From: Lama glama
Taxonomy: Eukaryota
Length of the DNA stretch: 64,000 nt
Reading direction: 5' to 3'
Assembly (NCBI GenBank): GCA_028534125.1
Contig: CM052832.1
Coordinates: forward strand, 8,992,001-9,056,000
Shown here: in pieces, positions 62,420-64,000 of the stretch
Layout: each line of letters opens with the position of its first letter
How positions within the stretch are numbered: position 1 is the first letter of the stretch
Notes under the pieces: model-generated
The model's database searches: none
What the model was told of the DNA's origin: nothing
Seen by the model: only the letters and a program-made list of their open reading frames with translations
Translations under genes and position numbers: made by a program

Positions 62420-62941
62420 AAAATGATCAAACCATAAAAGACATAGAAGAAACTTAAAAGACATATTACTAAATTAAAGAAGCCAGTCTGAAAAGGCTAC
62501 AAACTGTACAATTCCAACCAAATGACATTCTGGAAAAGGCACAGCTACAGAAACAATAAAAAGATCACGGTTTCCAGGGGTTTGGGGAGAGGGAGGGAGG
62601 AAGGAATGACTAGATGGAGTACAAGGGATTTTTAAGGCAATGAAATTATTCTGTATGTTATTATAGTGGTGGCTACATGTCATTATGCATTTGTCAAAAC
62701 CCGTATTATGTACAACATCAAGAGTAAACCCTAATGTAAACTATGGACTTTGGCTGCTAATAATGTGCCCATGTTGGTTCATTGATTGTACCAAATATGC
62801 CACACTGATGAGGGATGTTGAAGGCAGGGAAGTATATATGTGTGGGTGGGGAGGGCTATGTAGGAACTCTGTATTTTCTGCTCAATTCTGTTGTGAACCT
62901 GAAACTGCTGTAAAAGAATACAGTCTATTAAAAAAAAAAAA
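62420..62941 (+). mobile_element. L1MC1-like ancient 3' end
   Basis: GAAGCCAGTCTGAAAAGGCTAC...AACCCTAATGTAAACTATGGACTTTG...CTGCTCAATT.TG.TGTGAACCT.AAACTGCT followed by an A tail. Confidence 0.8.
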
Positions 62942-63519
62942 GATTCAAAGTCATCCAGTTAGTGGTTGAAACTGAACCTCAAGAATTTAACAGCTTCTTT
63001 TAAATATGTGTAATTCATGGATACATTCTCATTGTTTTTAAAATAAAAAGTCATAGAAGTAAAAAAAAAAAAGGCTAAAATGGTCAATTTTATGTTATGT
63101 ATATTTTACCACACAAAAAAATTAAGTATCTATGAATATTCTTACCAAAAACAAACAAACAAATCCAAAAGGGTTTGCTTGAAAATAACTAATTGTACAT
63201 CTATGATCAAAAATCTTTCTATTTCTGGAAAAGTATTCTCTCCCTCCAAGCTCAAAGCTTCAGGACAGATGCTCACTGAGGGGAGATGAGGGACCTATGG
63301 CTCATCAGTTAAGATTAACCCCAATAAAAATTGGGGTGAAAGAAGCTGAGGCAGGTCACCCCACAACTACTGACAGACACCAGATGTGGCTGCAGGAAGA
63401 AATGCACAAAGAAAGGCGGAGAGTTCACAACCCTTGCTGTGCATTTTGGCTGACTGGTGAAGCCTATAGATCCCTTCAGAGTAATATTTCAGGATGCATA
63501 ATATATGTAAGATTTTTTG

Positions 63520-63885
63520 GGAATACAGTTATAAAAATATTTTAAAATTGTAATATAGGTATATATGTGATTCTTCACCAATGTGTTAATATACTCGATT
63601 TAGTAGTGATTCTAGTAACTACTGTCATTTGGAAGATAGTAATCTTTCAAGACATCTGCAAATGTAACACCGGTAAACAATATTTCTACTGATAACAAAT
63701 TCCCAGGCACTGTTAATACTATTGTAGTTGGCAGCCTTCATTCACAGATTTAGGAAACGATAAATTTCAGTTGGAGCTGAGTGAAAACAACATGCAACTT
63801 TTTTGGTATCCAAGTTCAATGGGCCTCCATCTCCTCAATTCTCTCCACAGATCCTTTAGGGGTCGGTCCATGGAGCCCTTGCACT
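63520..63885. mobile_element. hAT-Charlie-type DNA transposon fossil
   Basis: AAATTTCAGTT.GAG.T.AGTGAAAA...ATCCAAGTTCA..GG...CC terminal-region pattern; subfamily uncertain. Confidence 0.5.
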
Positions 63886-64000
63886 GTTGGGGTCCAAGAC
63901 AGTTGTTCTACGTGTGAAATGAATAAACTCAATCCAGTAACAAACACAATGGGATTCTGAACATATGAATATAATTCACAAGATATTTTTATGCTTGCTA

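Noticed and set aside
1..64000. CRISPR arrays, operons or other prokaryote-type systems
   Set aside because: The sequence is mammalian with spliced genes; no regularly spaced repeat array was seen.

Overview
Mammalian genomic DNA, most likely camelid (four tRNA-Ala-derived Vic-1-type SINEs). Two intact spliced genes lie on the minus strand. BICRAL (GLTSCR1L, GBAF/ncBAF subunit) has 11 coding exons, 47107->20582, 3240 nt = 1079 aa + stop. Downstream of it, RPL7L1 has 6 coding exons, 11963->8075, 771 nt = 256 aa + stop. All introns are GT-AG and phase-consistent. The rest is intronic or intergenic repeat: L1s of several ages, a decayed ERV1 provirus with an env remnant, SINEs, DNA-transposon fossils, a full-length U1 snRNA retrocopy, and two N gaps. 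I see no clearly new gene system. The most unusual items are a 3.1-kb TSD-bounded composite retro-insertion that looks like an L1-promoter read-through/transduction product, a ~220-bp element duplicated in two BICRAL introns, the sense-strand intronic U1 copy, a probable proximal BICRAL first exon carrying uORFs, and possible fossil exons. Repeat subfamily names are from recognition, not a database search.
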